Shown: one piece after another, positions 39,947 through 52,700 of the stretch
How the letters are laid out: each line of letters starts with the position of its first letter
Position numbering within the stretch: the stretch's first letter is position 1
NCBI GenBank assembly: GCA_964035545.1
Contig: OZ037767.1
Span: forward strand, 25,002,628-25,066,627
From: Bugula neritina
Taxonomy: Eukaryota > Animalia > Bryozoa
Direction: 5' to 3'
DNA length: 64,000 nt
Program-made: the position numbers and the translations under genes
Notes under the pieces: model-generated
The model's input: the letters and a program-made list of their open reading frames with translations, nothing else
Databases searched by the model: none
Told to the model about the DNA's origin: nothing

Positions 39947-40715
39947 AATTCATTTTTAGTAGAGAGATAGTGACTCGTCCCTAATAATTACTGTTAGAAG
40001 AAGTTGGTAGCGGGCAGCTCATAGAACTTTGCTTGTTGTAATGGTCGAGAAAAAACTCCACCATTGTTACTTATTTTTATTGAAAAAATGTACAGTCCAA
40101 AAGTTTAGTCATTCCAATTTGTGTTGACTTTTTGCATGTAATTCAGTATGACTCAGCTCAGCTAAAAAACGAAGTTTTTTGCAATCACCTATTATGCTAT
40201 TTATTAAAATTTTTACTTCACACACAGCACCTATAATTTTTTAGATTTTACTTTTTGCATGATCAAATGCAATATTTTAGCAGCTGAATCAGTTAAGTAC
40301 AAGAAATTTAATTTCAGCCTGTGCTCATTTATCAGTTAGAAGTTAATATTGTAAATAATTGTAAAAACCGCTGAAAACTTTTTTAAGAACATATTAACCC
40401 CGAGATTATTATTTGACAGTGCCACAGAAGTGTGAGATCACATATTTTATTTGAAGTAATTAAATATTATTTTCTATATTATATTATTTTTATTCATAGT
40501 TTTAACACTTTCCTATTACAAAAAAATAATAAAAAAATATTAAAAAAATCACCATGCAAACTTATAAGTTATTTTAAAAGTGAAAAATGATCAGTAATCA
40601 GTTAAAATAGTCAATCGTAAAATGGACAAAACTAAAAATTATTCATCGGATTTAGGAATTAGTGCTATCAAATTGATAATTGATTAAAATATAAAAATAA
40701 TTGACTCAAATTTTT

Positions 40716-43700
40716 TTATAATTTTGAACTGTTCTGCTTCATAACCTCATATTTAGCAATTGCCCGTCTGTGAACTTCATCTGGTCCATCAGCTGTTCGA
40801 AGAACTCTTGCCCAGACAAACATGGCCGACAGAGGAAGATCAGCGTGATATCCAGCGCCTCCAAAAGACTAGAATTACATGCATAAATTGATGACTCGCC
40901 AAACAAATATATTATAGTGCAAAGCTGGTGGCCTGTCCTTTATATTACACTACTTGTCTTCGTATCTTTTGGTATCATGGTAATTGGCAGGTAAATCACG
41001 TGGCAGTAATCCACGAAAGAGTGATTTTGGTTCTACACCATGTAAAAGCACACAAACGTTCTTAACTGAATGGGATGTAGGCTACCAAACATTAATTTCA
41101 AGAAATAAAAAATTAATACTGAAATGCTAAAATACCAACAATTTAGCAACAACACAATACCTTCAACATATTTTTAAAATACTGACTCAATATATTAAAT
41201 AATGTAATAATATGAAACAATTGAGTTTTATTTAAATTAAAATTTAATTCTACTTATCAGAAAAAGCTAGACTATTAATGAGTGGCATAAAATGTTTACA
41301 CTTCATAATAAAAACCTATATCAAAAAGGGTAAATGCTTTATTTAATGGTAAACTGTTTGCTAATCCTCCGACATCAATCAGCCAACAGACAAGATTTGA
41401 GAGACCGTCTGAGAAAATGTAAATTCTTTGAACTATAATTGATTTTAAAAGAAATGATGTTTTCCTCCCGTCTCATTCCAGTGGAGGAAAATAAAGTCAA
41501 CCGAAATGTAAAAGCAAAAATTCCAATATTCACTTTGAAGCACCAAAGATCATTAGTATTGACAATAAATTGTGTACCTGAATGGCTTTGTCAATAACCT
41601 CCTGTGCCATATTGGGAACCGCAACTTTGATCATAGCAATTTCTGGAGCTGCAACCTGAGGACAATTTGTCAAAGTTTAGACATAATGAAAGTAATAATC
41701 ACAGATAAATGACGAATATAAGTAATGAACACAGAATAATGAAGAAGATGCAATCACTATGCTTTGTGTCACAACTTTTTTTAACGACATGACTCATGAG
41801 TTTATTTCGCAACTCTTAATAAAGCTAGCCTTTTAGTTGATAGGATAACTGTCAGCAGATGAATACATTGCTACAGATTAGCTTTACACAACTGTTAGAG
41901 TTACCTGTCATCATCCACCAGGCTACAGGATATATTCAATGAGTTGATACCCACAACAAAATGACTGTTTTTAAAATAATTGAATTATTACTAAAAACGC
42001 TCTATAACTCAGACCATGAATTTGTGCTCAAAGTTATACATATGAAAAAAATGGAGAAAATAAGACATATAAAAGTTCTATTAAACACTCAAGTTTTATG
42101 CAATGTAAGATACATTTATTCCAGCATTTAGTTGCCGAGAGAGTTGCATGTAAGAATTATTGTATTCAAAGTTCGACTACTTAAGAGAGTAGTTTGAGTA
42201 ACATAATAGGAGTATAACCTGGGCTGTGGCCACCTTTGAAGTAACTGAAAACTACTGAAGATATTTGCAGCTATAAATACAAATATAACTTAAATCACCG
42301 CCTTGGCTGTGCAATATGCCCTCATAATTTCAGCTACTTTGAAGATGGCCATGAAACATAATGGTTGGCAATATCCACAATCATAACCATTTTGTTTCTA
42401 TCTTATTAACAAATTTTTATCCTGTATGAACACAACATATGGGAAAAAAGCCAAAAATGTTGTACCCATGGGAAAGGCTGGAATCATTGCCAGTAATGTA
42501 ATGGGAAAGGCAGAGCCAATTGTCTGTAATGTAGTGGGAAAGGCTGAAACCATTGTTGGTAATATAAATTATTGAGTAGTTGTAAAGTTTCAACAAAACA
42601 CAGCTATGCAATACGCGGCTCATTGTTTGGTATTTTGCCACTGTATCAGAACTAAAGCTGTTGGTAATCATAACTACAGAAACAGTGAACTAACAAAGTA
42701 TGTAATTAAAATTAGAGACCACATATGGATCCTACTTTCGAGCTTTGAAGGTATGAAGAAATTATGGAAGAAATTTCAACTTGAAGGCAAAATAATTTTA
42801 ATTACAGTTTTAAGCCTACAAAATTCAAGGTATTGATTAAGCGGAAATGTACGCATATTACATCTAAATCCAGTGCACTAATAATTATACATAAGCTTGC
42901 AAGTAATTTGTTGATGCAGTAAATTAAAGCAAGGATGAGCGTAAAGTGCACTGAGCAGTGGAGAAGATCAGAAAGAAATAATAGCTACACCGTCTTTCTG
43001 GCTGCACTCATCAAAGTTTTCAACTTGAAAATTATTTAATAAAATAAAATCCAAGAAAAAAATTCTTTCTTTCCTTCTTGTAAAAATTCTTACCAAGTGT
43101 GTGGTTGAAACTTATTTTTTTACAAAATGAAGGGTTCCAAAGTTGCATTTATACAATTATTTAAATAGTAGCAACACACAAAATGACAGCCGTTGATTTA
43201 TGTCCTAAAACATTGATTAAAATGCCTTTGCCATTACCTCACTCTGCCAACTTCCTTTATGAAAACGAAACAGAATTTTTTATTTAGCCACGATTGAGGG
43301 ACGTAAGCAACACCCCCACCTCTCTGACTCTTTTCAGCTGTTGCTATAAGTAGTTTGCCTGTAGGCTACATAGGAACTCAAGAAGAAGCTGTTCTCCAGT
43401 TCTTAGTCACTTACCTCGTGATATCTCCATGGTTACCAGACTAACTGCTCAGTCTAAGCTAATGGGAGCCGCACATTGCAAATTAGTTGCGTATTAATTT
43501 TTAAAAAATATTACACAACTTAATTAATAAAGTTGGCACTGCCTTTCTCCATCACTTGTTGTGGCTGTTGTGTGATGCAATCATTAATGAGAGACAAGGT
43601 TAATAGATGATTGAAGTATGTGAGTAACACACACAATGCAGGTATACCTTGTTGCCTACTGTGTCCATCATATGAGCTGCCTTCAGCACTAGTAGCCTGC

Positions 43701-46700
43701 TCTGCTCTATCGCAATCCTCGAGTTCGCAATGTCTGCTTGAATGGTTCCTTGGGCTATCAGCGGTTTTCCAAATGCTATTCTGTTCTGGGTCTGCATAAA
43801 AATAACCAGACCAATAATTCATGAATAATATTTATAACACCGCGCAGGACCACGGCGGTGAAAGGTGACCAAAGGTGACCATTTATATCAATGCACCAAC
43901 ATAAGCAGACAACTCTAAGAGTAATAATTTATGTAGTTCAACAGAAAAAAATCATTTGCATTACTCAAAGTCTAAAGAGTGTATGAGAAGCTCTGAGAGA
44001 AAAGTGTCTTTACTATATTATACAAGATAGCAGACGTAGTATTACTTATTATGCCGTGTTCTAGTGAACTCATCAAGTGTCACTACTACCTCGCCACAGA
44101 GACATCTCTAAACTTACCCGTTCGACCATGAGCTCTAGAGCTCGTTCACAATTCCCGATCAGTCTCATGCAGTGATGTATTCTGCCGGGTCCCAGACGAC
44201 CTTGAGCAATCTCAAAACCCCGGCCCTCTCCCAGCAACATGTTACCCACGGGAACCCTCACGTTCTCAAACAGCACCTCTGCGTGTCCAGCTGAAACAGT
44301 AAAAAACTACTTTCTGGACCACAATGAAACCTCCTTCATAAAATAGTGTGAGTGAGTACATCACCGGGAAGGGAAGGGCAATACATGCCAATCAAACGCA
44401 GAAACTCTTGCAAAATAAAGCTGAACATTATACTACTCATACACTCACTTGTCCTATTATAATAACATTTAGAGCTCTGTTTTAGTATCATAGCAAACCA
44501 CAATTTTACATTTATACAATTCTGATAGAGCTTAAAAATTTCTTACAAAACAATACGATACATTACAATGCAATGCATTACAATACCATACATTGCAATA
44601 AAATAAAACACAATACAATGCAAAACAATGCAATTAAATAAAATACAATATAATACAATCATACACCAGTTCTCACATGACAAACTCATAAAGTGGCTAA
44701 TAGAATAGAAAGAGTACAGGAGAGTGTAACGTGACACCCCCCTCCCCGTACCACAGACCTACCTGGAGGATCCTGGGATCCAAACACGTACAACGGCCGA
44801 ATGACCTTGACCCCTGGAGCATCCATAGGCACAAGTATCATGCTCTGCTGCTTATGTCTGACAGCATTTGTGTCTGTCTTACCTGCAAAACAGTGTGTAG
44901 AGAGATAGCGTTGGTCAGCTGCCACTGGCTGGCTGCCAGTGGCAAATTGCTAAGCAGCAACATACAACAAAATTAAAACAACCCACTATAACATATTGGG
45001 AGTCAGTTATTGACAGCAAGTAAAATGAAATAGAATAATGATTTACAGTTGCAGATTTGAAAACTACATGGCAAGGCAATTGTAAGTGAGATAGGCATAT
45101 TAAAAGCATGTCAACGAAAACGAAAATATTTATGAGACAACTTCGAAATCCATCACTCTTATAAGGATTTGAACAATATTTTATTTACACTTTTTCTAGA
45201 TACATAAACATGGACAAAATAATACTTAATACAACATTAAACATGTGAAAATATATTAACATTAACAAAAACCGTAGCTGGTCTGCTCTATAGCAGCTCG
45301 TTAGTAGAGAAGACAAATCCTAAGATTGCAATAAAATTTTATGAGAGATACTACAACATAGATGCAGCCTTAGTGCATATGACCTTCACATTATAAGATA
45401 ATCTTAGCACAGGGTAGTGACTCACCCATAAATATACACAGTTTACATCTAGGATCACAGGCTCCGGAGGTCCACCATTTCCTCCCATTGATAACATAAC
45501 TGTCCCCTTCTCTCCTAATAGACGACTGTATGTTAGTGGCATCAGATGATGCAACCTGCAAGTGTGAAGGTCGTTTCATCAAATGTGAACGTCACTACAT
45601 AAAGTGTGAAGGTCATGATATCAAATGTGAAGGTCACAACATCAAGTTCAAACATAACTGCAGTAAAAACAATATACAAAATATTTGGGAGTATCACAAG
45701 AACATGAGGGTCTGGGCCAGTGTTTTGTCAAGGTCACAGGGTCACTGTATCTAAGTTAATTAAAGCTGGTAGAGTCAGATTTGTTTGTAGCGTGCTTTAG
45801 TTTCATGTATAAAGATTGACGCCACCAAATTCATGAATGTCATGCTGGATAAATCAACATTAGAAACTCTTTTTAGGAGTTGTTTTCTTTTGTAGACACA
45901 AACCACCAAAAAGAGTATATATTTCAGTTTTACAAAACACAAGCTTATCAAAATAGCATTTGAATACAATTTGTAAAATGTATCTTTTAATAATACTAAT
46001 ATTGTAACTTATAGTTAACATTGCATGTACAGGAAAGCACAGACAACAATAATATTAAAATTCATGAAAAAGGTGTTGAATTTTCAAATAGCTTTGCACC
46101 TCTACCTTTGTTCTCCAAAAACTATTTTGAAAAATCTATTATCCCAAGTATTACAATGGAATTCTACAGTTCTATACAATGAAGTCATATTTACCTCGGG
46201 CTCTGTCATGCCAAAACAGGATCTAATTTTACCCTCTAGAAGGGGCTGAAGCCATTCCCTCTTCTGTTCTTCATTCCCATATTTTATCAGAACTTCCATG
46301 TTACCAGTGTCAGGGGCGTTACAGTTAAATATCTACAAGTGTACGAAGTAGTGACATAGAAAGTGTCAAGTATTGCATAACTTAATTATATAATATATTA
46401 TAATACTAAATATGTATCTAATATTTTCTGCCTGCATAAAATAAGTATTACACTAGTACATTGAAGATACCACATAAGCAAGTTCCTAATATTAACCCTA
46501 GCAAACACACTGGCATACCAACTACTGAGATAGTTTGTAAATCGATCAACTAACTTGTAAAGTAGCAGAAGACCTGTTCACACTGACATCTACTCACCAC
46601 TAAGGCAAGAGGGCACCTGCTCACACTGCCATTTACTAACCTCTGGAGAAATAGGGCACCTGCCCATCTCCTCACACACATAAGCATACTCTACATTTGT

Positions 46701-49700
46701 AAGTCCAGCACCATATTTAGCATCAGTATCTGTTTCTATGGGAACAAACAGATTCCACAAACCCTCTGCTTTAGCTTTAGCCTAGAAATTATAATTATTG
46801 AAAACTGATTGAAACTATGAAGTCACACTGACATATTAGAAAATAAGTATACAATAATTAAAAACTTTTAAAACCAAAAAATTATACTGAAATATCAAGT
46901 AACAAGTAAACTATAAGTAGACGTTACACCCACAAAATTTTTTACTCATAAATAAGGTATGTTTTATTTATATAATTAAAACAAAACACAATATAGTTTA
47001 CACCCCCATTTTATTTAAAATTCAAATACAACTTATTTTTACTTTAAGCTCTTCGATAACTTTTGGTATCTCCCATTTCCTGTCAGTCTCGCCGTGCTGC
47101 GCAACTTCTCTCTCAACAGGAAGTATGTGATCGTCGATAAACTTCTTCACCCGTCTGTGATACTCCTGAGCAATAGGTCTGAGCTGAGACACGTGCACTG
47201 GCAGCTTGTCATATACTACAGACAGCAAATCAGTACATGTTGAAAGACATAAACTTTACAGAATATATTATTTATTGCAAATTACCTCAAACAAAAATCT
47301 TTCTGAAATTAAAAATTTCTAAGCATTTGCTCATTTTATTCAACGTAAGACTTTAAATTACTATCCAGATTTATAACAAATAAGAACTATATTATAGGTG
47401 TAACAGTAGTGCTTATATGTATTTCATGTTATAACAACAAGTTTATATTTGTAATTAAAGCAACGAACAAGTCGGAATCTACTTGCTTGGAGTTTGTTGT
47501 GAAAATAGAAGCAGCAATAGACACACTAAAATATAGTTCTAGTTATCTTTCAGTGAATACATTCACACATGTGATAACCTAGGCTCAGTTAAATGTATTT
47601 TATCAATGATTGAATATATTTTATTAATTAAATAAGCACATTATATGTTAAAAACTAAAAATCCAAATATGAAGCTTTTGGCAACAGTAATAAAACATAT
47701 CAGTGAAGTATTAGCCAGTTTGCTATTAATTTACAGAGCTGTTTTTTAAAAATGAACAGTTGGAAAATATTCAATTATTTGAAGCTCACAATATTATCAT
47801 ATATACATTATATATTAATATTATATCAGTAGCTAACATTTGTTTGTGAATACAGACTGCAGACGTATGATGTACACTTACTATGGTGACTAGAGGACTG
47901 CTTGGTAGACATACTTGAACCAGTTACACTAGACAGACCTTCCTCTACTATCATACGACCCAGTTCTGCTAGAGGCTCTGCGGACTGTCCCACTGACTCA
48001 GCGTTGGGCGCACTAGCTTGACCTAAATATTTCAGGTCATAAAAGTCATCCAAACTTTCAACGTTGACAAGCCATCAATTTGACCGTAACTAATAAAAGA
48101 TTTAGCGCTAGGACTAGTACTAGTCAATAGTTATTTACTGTATAAAACTATATGTATGTTCCAGACTCATGAGTTGCAGCTGTAATACTAATGAAATAAT
48201 AAAGTGTTAAATTGAACACATGGCTAGACTGTCATGAATCATCAAAGCTCTATAACAACATTTTTAGTAATGATTATGAAAATGAATGTCAATATCTGTA
48301 TTATCCTTATAAGTAACTTATAAATCAACCATTATTACTTTATAATTATGATTATGATAATGTGCTCAAGGTAAAGACTAACTAAAACAGAAAATACAGT
48401 GGGTTCCAACTGCCACTTTGACTCAAAAATAGTGATTACTATTAGTATTAGAATATTACTATTACGTTTTGAATTAGCATTGAGTTTGACTGAATAAATT
48501 AGACAGTCAATTATAGTAAACTTAATATGTGTTATACTTATTGTTAACTGCAAATGCTGCAGTAACACTAAAAGTGTAAACTGTAAATAACTATAAGAAA
48601 ATATGATTGAAATACTATAATTAGTACTACATTACTGATAGTGATTACTCAGTTGTTAAATTTAGTATAATTATAATAAAAACTAATTAGTAATTATATT
48701 CTATTTTATTGAAATTATTATAATTCATAAGTGTAACTTAAATACGACTATGAGCATCAGTATAACTATAAATATAACCTAATATAAGTCTATGTTAAAG
48801 TAATTAACAAATGGAATGCACATAGTCATAGTAATACTATTAATACTAATAGTAATAGTGATAAAGTGATGCTGAAACTGAAAGTGAATCTAATACTGAT
48901 AGTTACCAATAAATAAGTGAATATAATGAATTAAGCATCACGTCAAAAGGTGAAACATGTAAAGTATGCTGATTTTCACTGTTATCAGTATACTGGTTAC
49001 AAAGTTCAATAAACCTCAGGGCAAGACTGATCACTAATAAGCAAAAATGATCGATGATAGTCTCATAATCATGATAGCTGCAACACTCTTCTTGCAGATG
49101 CGATGTACAACCGGAAACTAATAAAGAATTTTATTTGAATTGCTAGTTTCAAAGACGCGATAATGCAAGAGTATACAACCCCAAATATATTAGAACTGAT
49201 ATCAACAAGTAAAAAGATGAGGCTATAAATCAAAATAACATATCAGATAACAGGTGAAATGTTGGTGGTTTACTTTTGGTTATCTAACTTAGATTGAAGG
49301 ACCAGTAAGAAGTAATCCTAGTTTTTAAAACTAAGGCAAATTTAGTGTAATAACATGAAGTCTAAGCCCTAAAGTGTATTTACATACTTAAGTTCTCCTT
49401 GCTGTGTTAGATTAATCTCTAAATTTCAAAAGTAGTTTCTGAAATATTATGTTGTGACAAAAACTTACCATAAAACACTTTAACCCAGTATGGCAGTGCA
49501 AACTAAAAACCATTACCATGTATTCATAAATGAGTAGGTTAGAAATAATAAATACCACAAATCGGAAACATTGCAGGACAGAAGGAGAGATTTCTAAGTA
49601 TGAAGTTGACTAATAGTGAATGAATAATAAAGTATGTAAGTAATTGAGTGAGTGAATGAGTTAGTAGGTGAGTAAGTGAGTGAAAAGATGAGTGGGTGAG

Positions 49701-52700
49701 TGAATAGATGAGTAAGTGAGTGAGTGAGTGAGTGAGTGAGTGAGTGAGTTAGCGAGTAAGTGAGTTAGCGAGTAAGTGAGTTAGTGAGTAGGTGAATGAG
49801 TAAGTAAGTAGGTGAGTAAGTGAATGAGTAAGCGGGTGAGCGATAAATAAGTCTATAAACAAGATTGCAATATTAATACAGACATATGGCAGGTTCCAAA
49901 ATTTCATTAAATCCATTTATGAAAAAACCTGCCAATTTCATAATAAAATCTACCAATATTAATATTGCATATCATTGAGGATAAATCCTTTTCTTCTTAC
50001 AGGAATATAAAATTGAGGTCTCATTGAAGTCATAAACTCGCATAATAATGAAAGCTAGAATTTATACCTATAAATTAAAATAGCACAGTCACCAAGAGAT
50101 TGATATTAAAATCATGCTTATAAACAAGTTCATTGGCTTAAACACCAATGATAGTATTAGCAGCACTATGACAATAGTATTAGTAATAGTTACTACTAAT
50201 ACCCTGAGTTGTAATATTAGTACATCAAATATGTAATGCTTATAGAACTCATGACAACAAAAGCAGCTGCTACTGACATTACACTGTCTCAACCAGCTTC
50301 TGTAATTACAGACGCTGATTGAAAGAGAGACTGACTTACCACTGAGAAATCTTTTGTAGACACCTTGGCAGATGGCAGCCATTCTGAAGCAGAGAAAGGC
50401 CATGTAGTAGTCTAATGGAGGATCTCGTATGCCGTCTACACCTACTAGACTACAGTACTGACTCACATACTCCGCCAGAGTAGGTATCCCTGTGCCGGTA
50501 AGGTCTTCGCCAGCAAACCCTGTAGAATAGTGAGAGATGAGTCATATTGAATAAAATTGCTCTGCATTAAAGGAGCACCAGAATGATTACAGTGACCAAA
50601 ATGGTGAATGGGAACTATAAGGTACTAGATCAATTATATTTTGACTGTAAAAAGCAAGGGTTCATGGCATATGGATTTGAAAGTTGTCTGTCATCACATA
50701 CACCATGACCCTTGCATTTACATACATGAACATGATTTAAATCAAAGTTTGTCAGAAAATGCTATGATTTGTATGTTCATGTGAAGTAACAAAAGACTTT
50801 TCCAAGTATAAGTTTAACGCTGTTGATGCACACATGCATGCTACAAAACTGGCACAACTCAGTTAAATATATAGAGAAGAAGTAGTAAGAAATGACGTCA
50901 GACTTGCCTCCAACAACCGGCACTGCTGGAGACATTATGTATTGCATTAGATTCCCTGTCATATCTTGAATAGGGTTTCCAAGTGTTGACAACTCCCAGT
51001 CTAAAATAGCCTTGACTTCTAGAGTAGTCTCATCAAATATTATATTGTCAATCCTGCAATTTCAAAGAGACCACAATATAGTTATCTCATATACCTAGTC
51101 TTTATTCGCTACAGAATATATAACTTCCAATTCACATGTACGTGTGAAATAGAAATGGTGCATTTCTCTAATCGAAACACTTTGTAGTTTTATTACTCAG
51201 GAGCATTTTTTGTACACATGAAAAGTTGCCGGTTGGTTAGACATTTTGTACATCATAAATACTTAACTTTAACATAGATAAAAAAGAACAGTTAGCAAAT
51301 AGTATTTCATACTAACCAATGTTCTATCAATGCATAGATTAGTAAATGTAGAAATGGAGAATAATTTACAAGTAGCAGTATCTCTGATTAACTTTCAGAG
51401 AGTTGTATATCATCTATTCTATCCCATGTACTGGAGTACATAATCAGTGACTTACCTGAAGTCCCCGTGTACTACTGTATATAATCAGTGACTTACCTGA
51501 AGTTCCCGTGTACTACTGTATATAATCAGTGACTTACCTGAAGTCCCCGTGTACTACTGTATATAATCAGTAACTTACCTTAAGTTCCCGTGTACTACTG
51601 TATATAATCAGTGACTTGCCTGAAGTCCCCGTGTACTACTGTACATTTCTCACTTTGTGGAAGATTTTCTTCTAAATACTTGATGAGAAAGTCAATAGCT
51701 GGAATTTCCCTGGTTTTACTTTTCTCATATTGTCCCTTCCACCTACATCAGCAAATGGAAAGGGTGTTCTACACATGTTTGTATCTAACATAAAATTTGC
51801 CGAAATATATTGTTTAGTAGGCCATTTCACCACAAACACTCTACAAACCCCACAGAACAACAAGAAGCAAAATAAACATGCAACAAATAGCAATTCCAAA
51901 ATACTATATTAGTGATAAAGCATAATAACTAAAATCCTTTCAATAAATTACTCTATTTTAACACAGCCAAAGTATTTTCATTTCTACAAATACAGGCAAA
52001 CGAATAGATAGAATGCACAGGTAAATCGAACCAGAAAAAGCAGTTTATTAAGTTTTTTATTAATCCTATGATTGTTTTCTTTTGTATAGTTGAACCAAGT
52101 AATTGAACATTATTTTAGAACACTATAATATATTGTAAATGCAAATGGTGTTAGAGTTTAAATATGGTCAGAAACAAAACTTCAATAAGTCACTTTAAAT
52201 AATTACAGTAAGTAAACTATTTTGAGACAAACTTATAACATAAAATAATGCGTAGCTTTACAAACTGGCATTTCATTTCTGAATACTGCTTTGTGTGTGT
52301 GTGTTTTATTTTCATCATAATATTATAGTGTTTTACAACTAGCATAAGTTACATAAGCAGACAGACAATTAGAAAGGAAACATAGTAACAAATAACAGTA
52401 TATAAAAAATAAAGCTGTCGGAAGTGATGATGGGGCCCAGTGCGAAATAGTTGGCATAACCATACAAGGCACCACAGCTCACTCAACAGAGTGGAGGTGA
52501 TGCCTCAATGCCGTTTCAAATTTACCAAGTAAAATTTATAAAGAAACAGATAGCAGTTGCTATAGTAACCTGGCTAAATTTCTTTTCATGTAGTCTGTAT
52601 GCTTTCCATAGCTATCTAAACCAGCAGCACTGATGTCAACATTATGTATCTGAGCCAGGACACTGCAAGCACCTGCATACACCTGTCATTGAGTTTAAAA

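Noticed and set aside
43838-43880. GC-rich hairpin plus aaaggtgacc doublet as a Helitron end
   Set aside because: No CTRR terminus after the hairpin and no second copy in the window.
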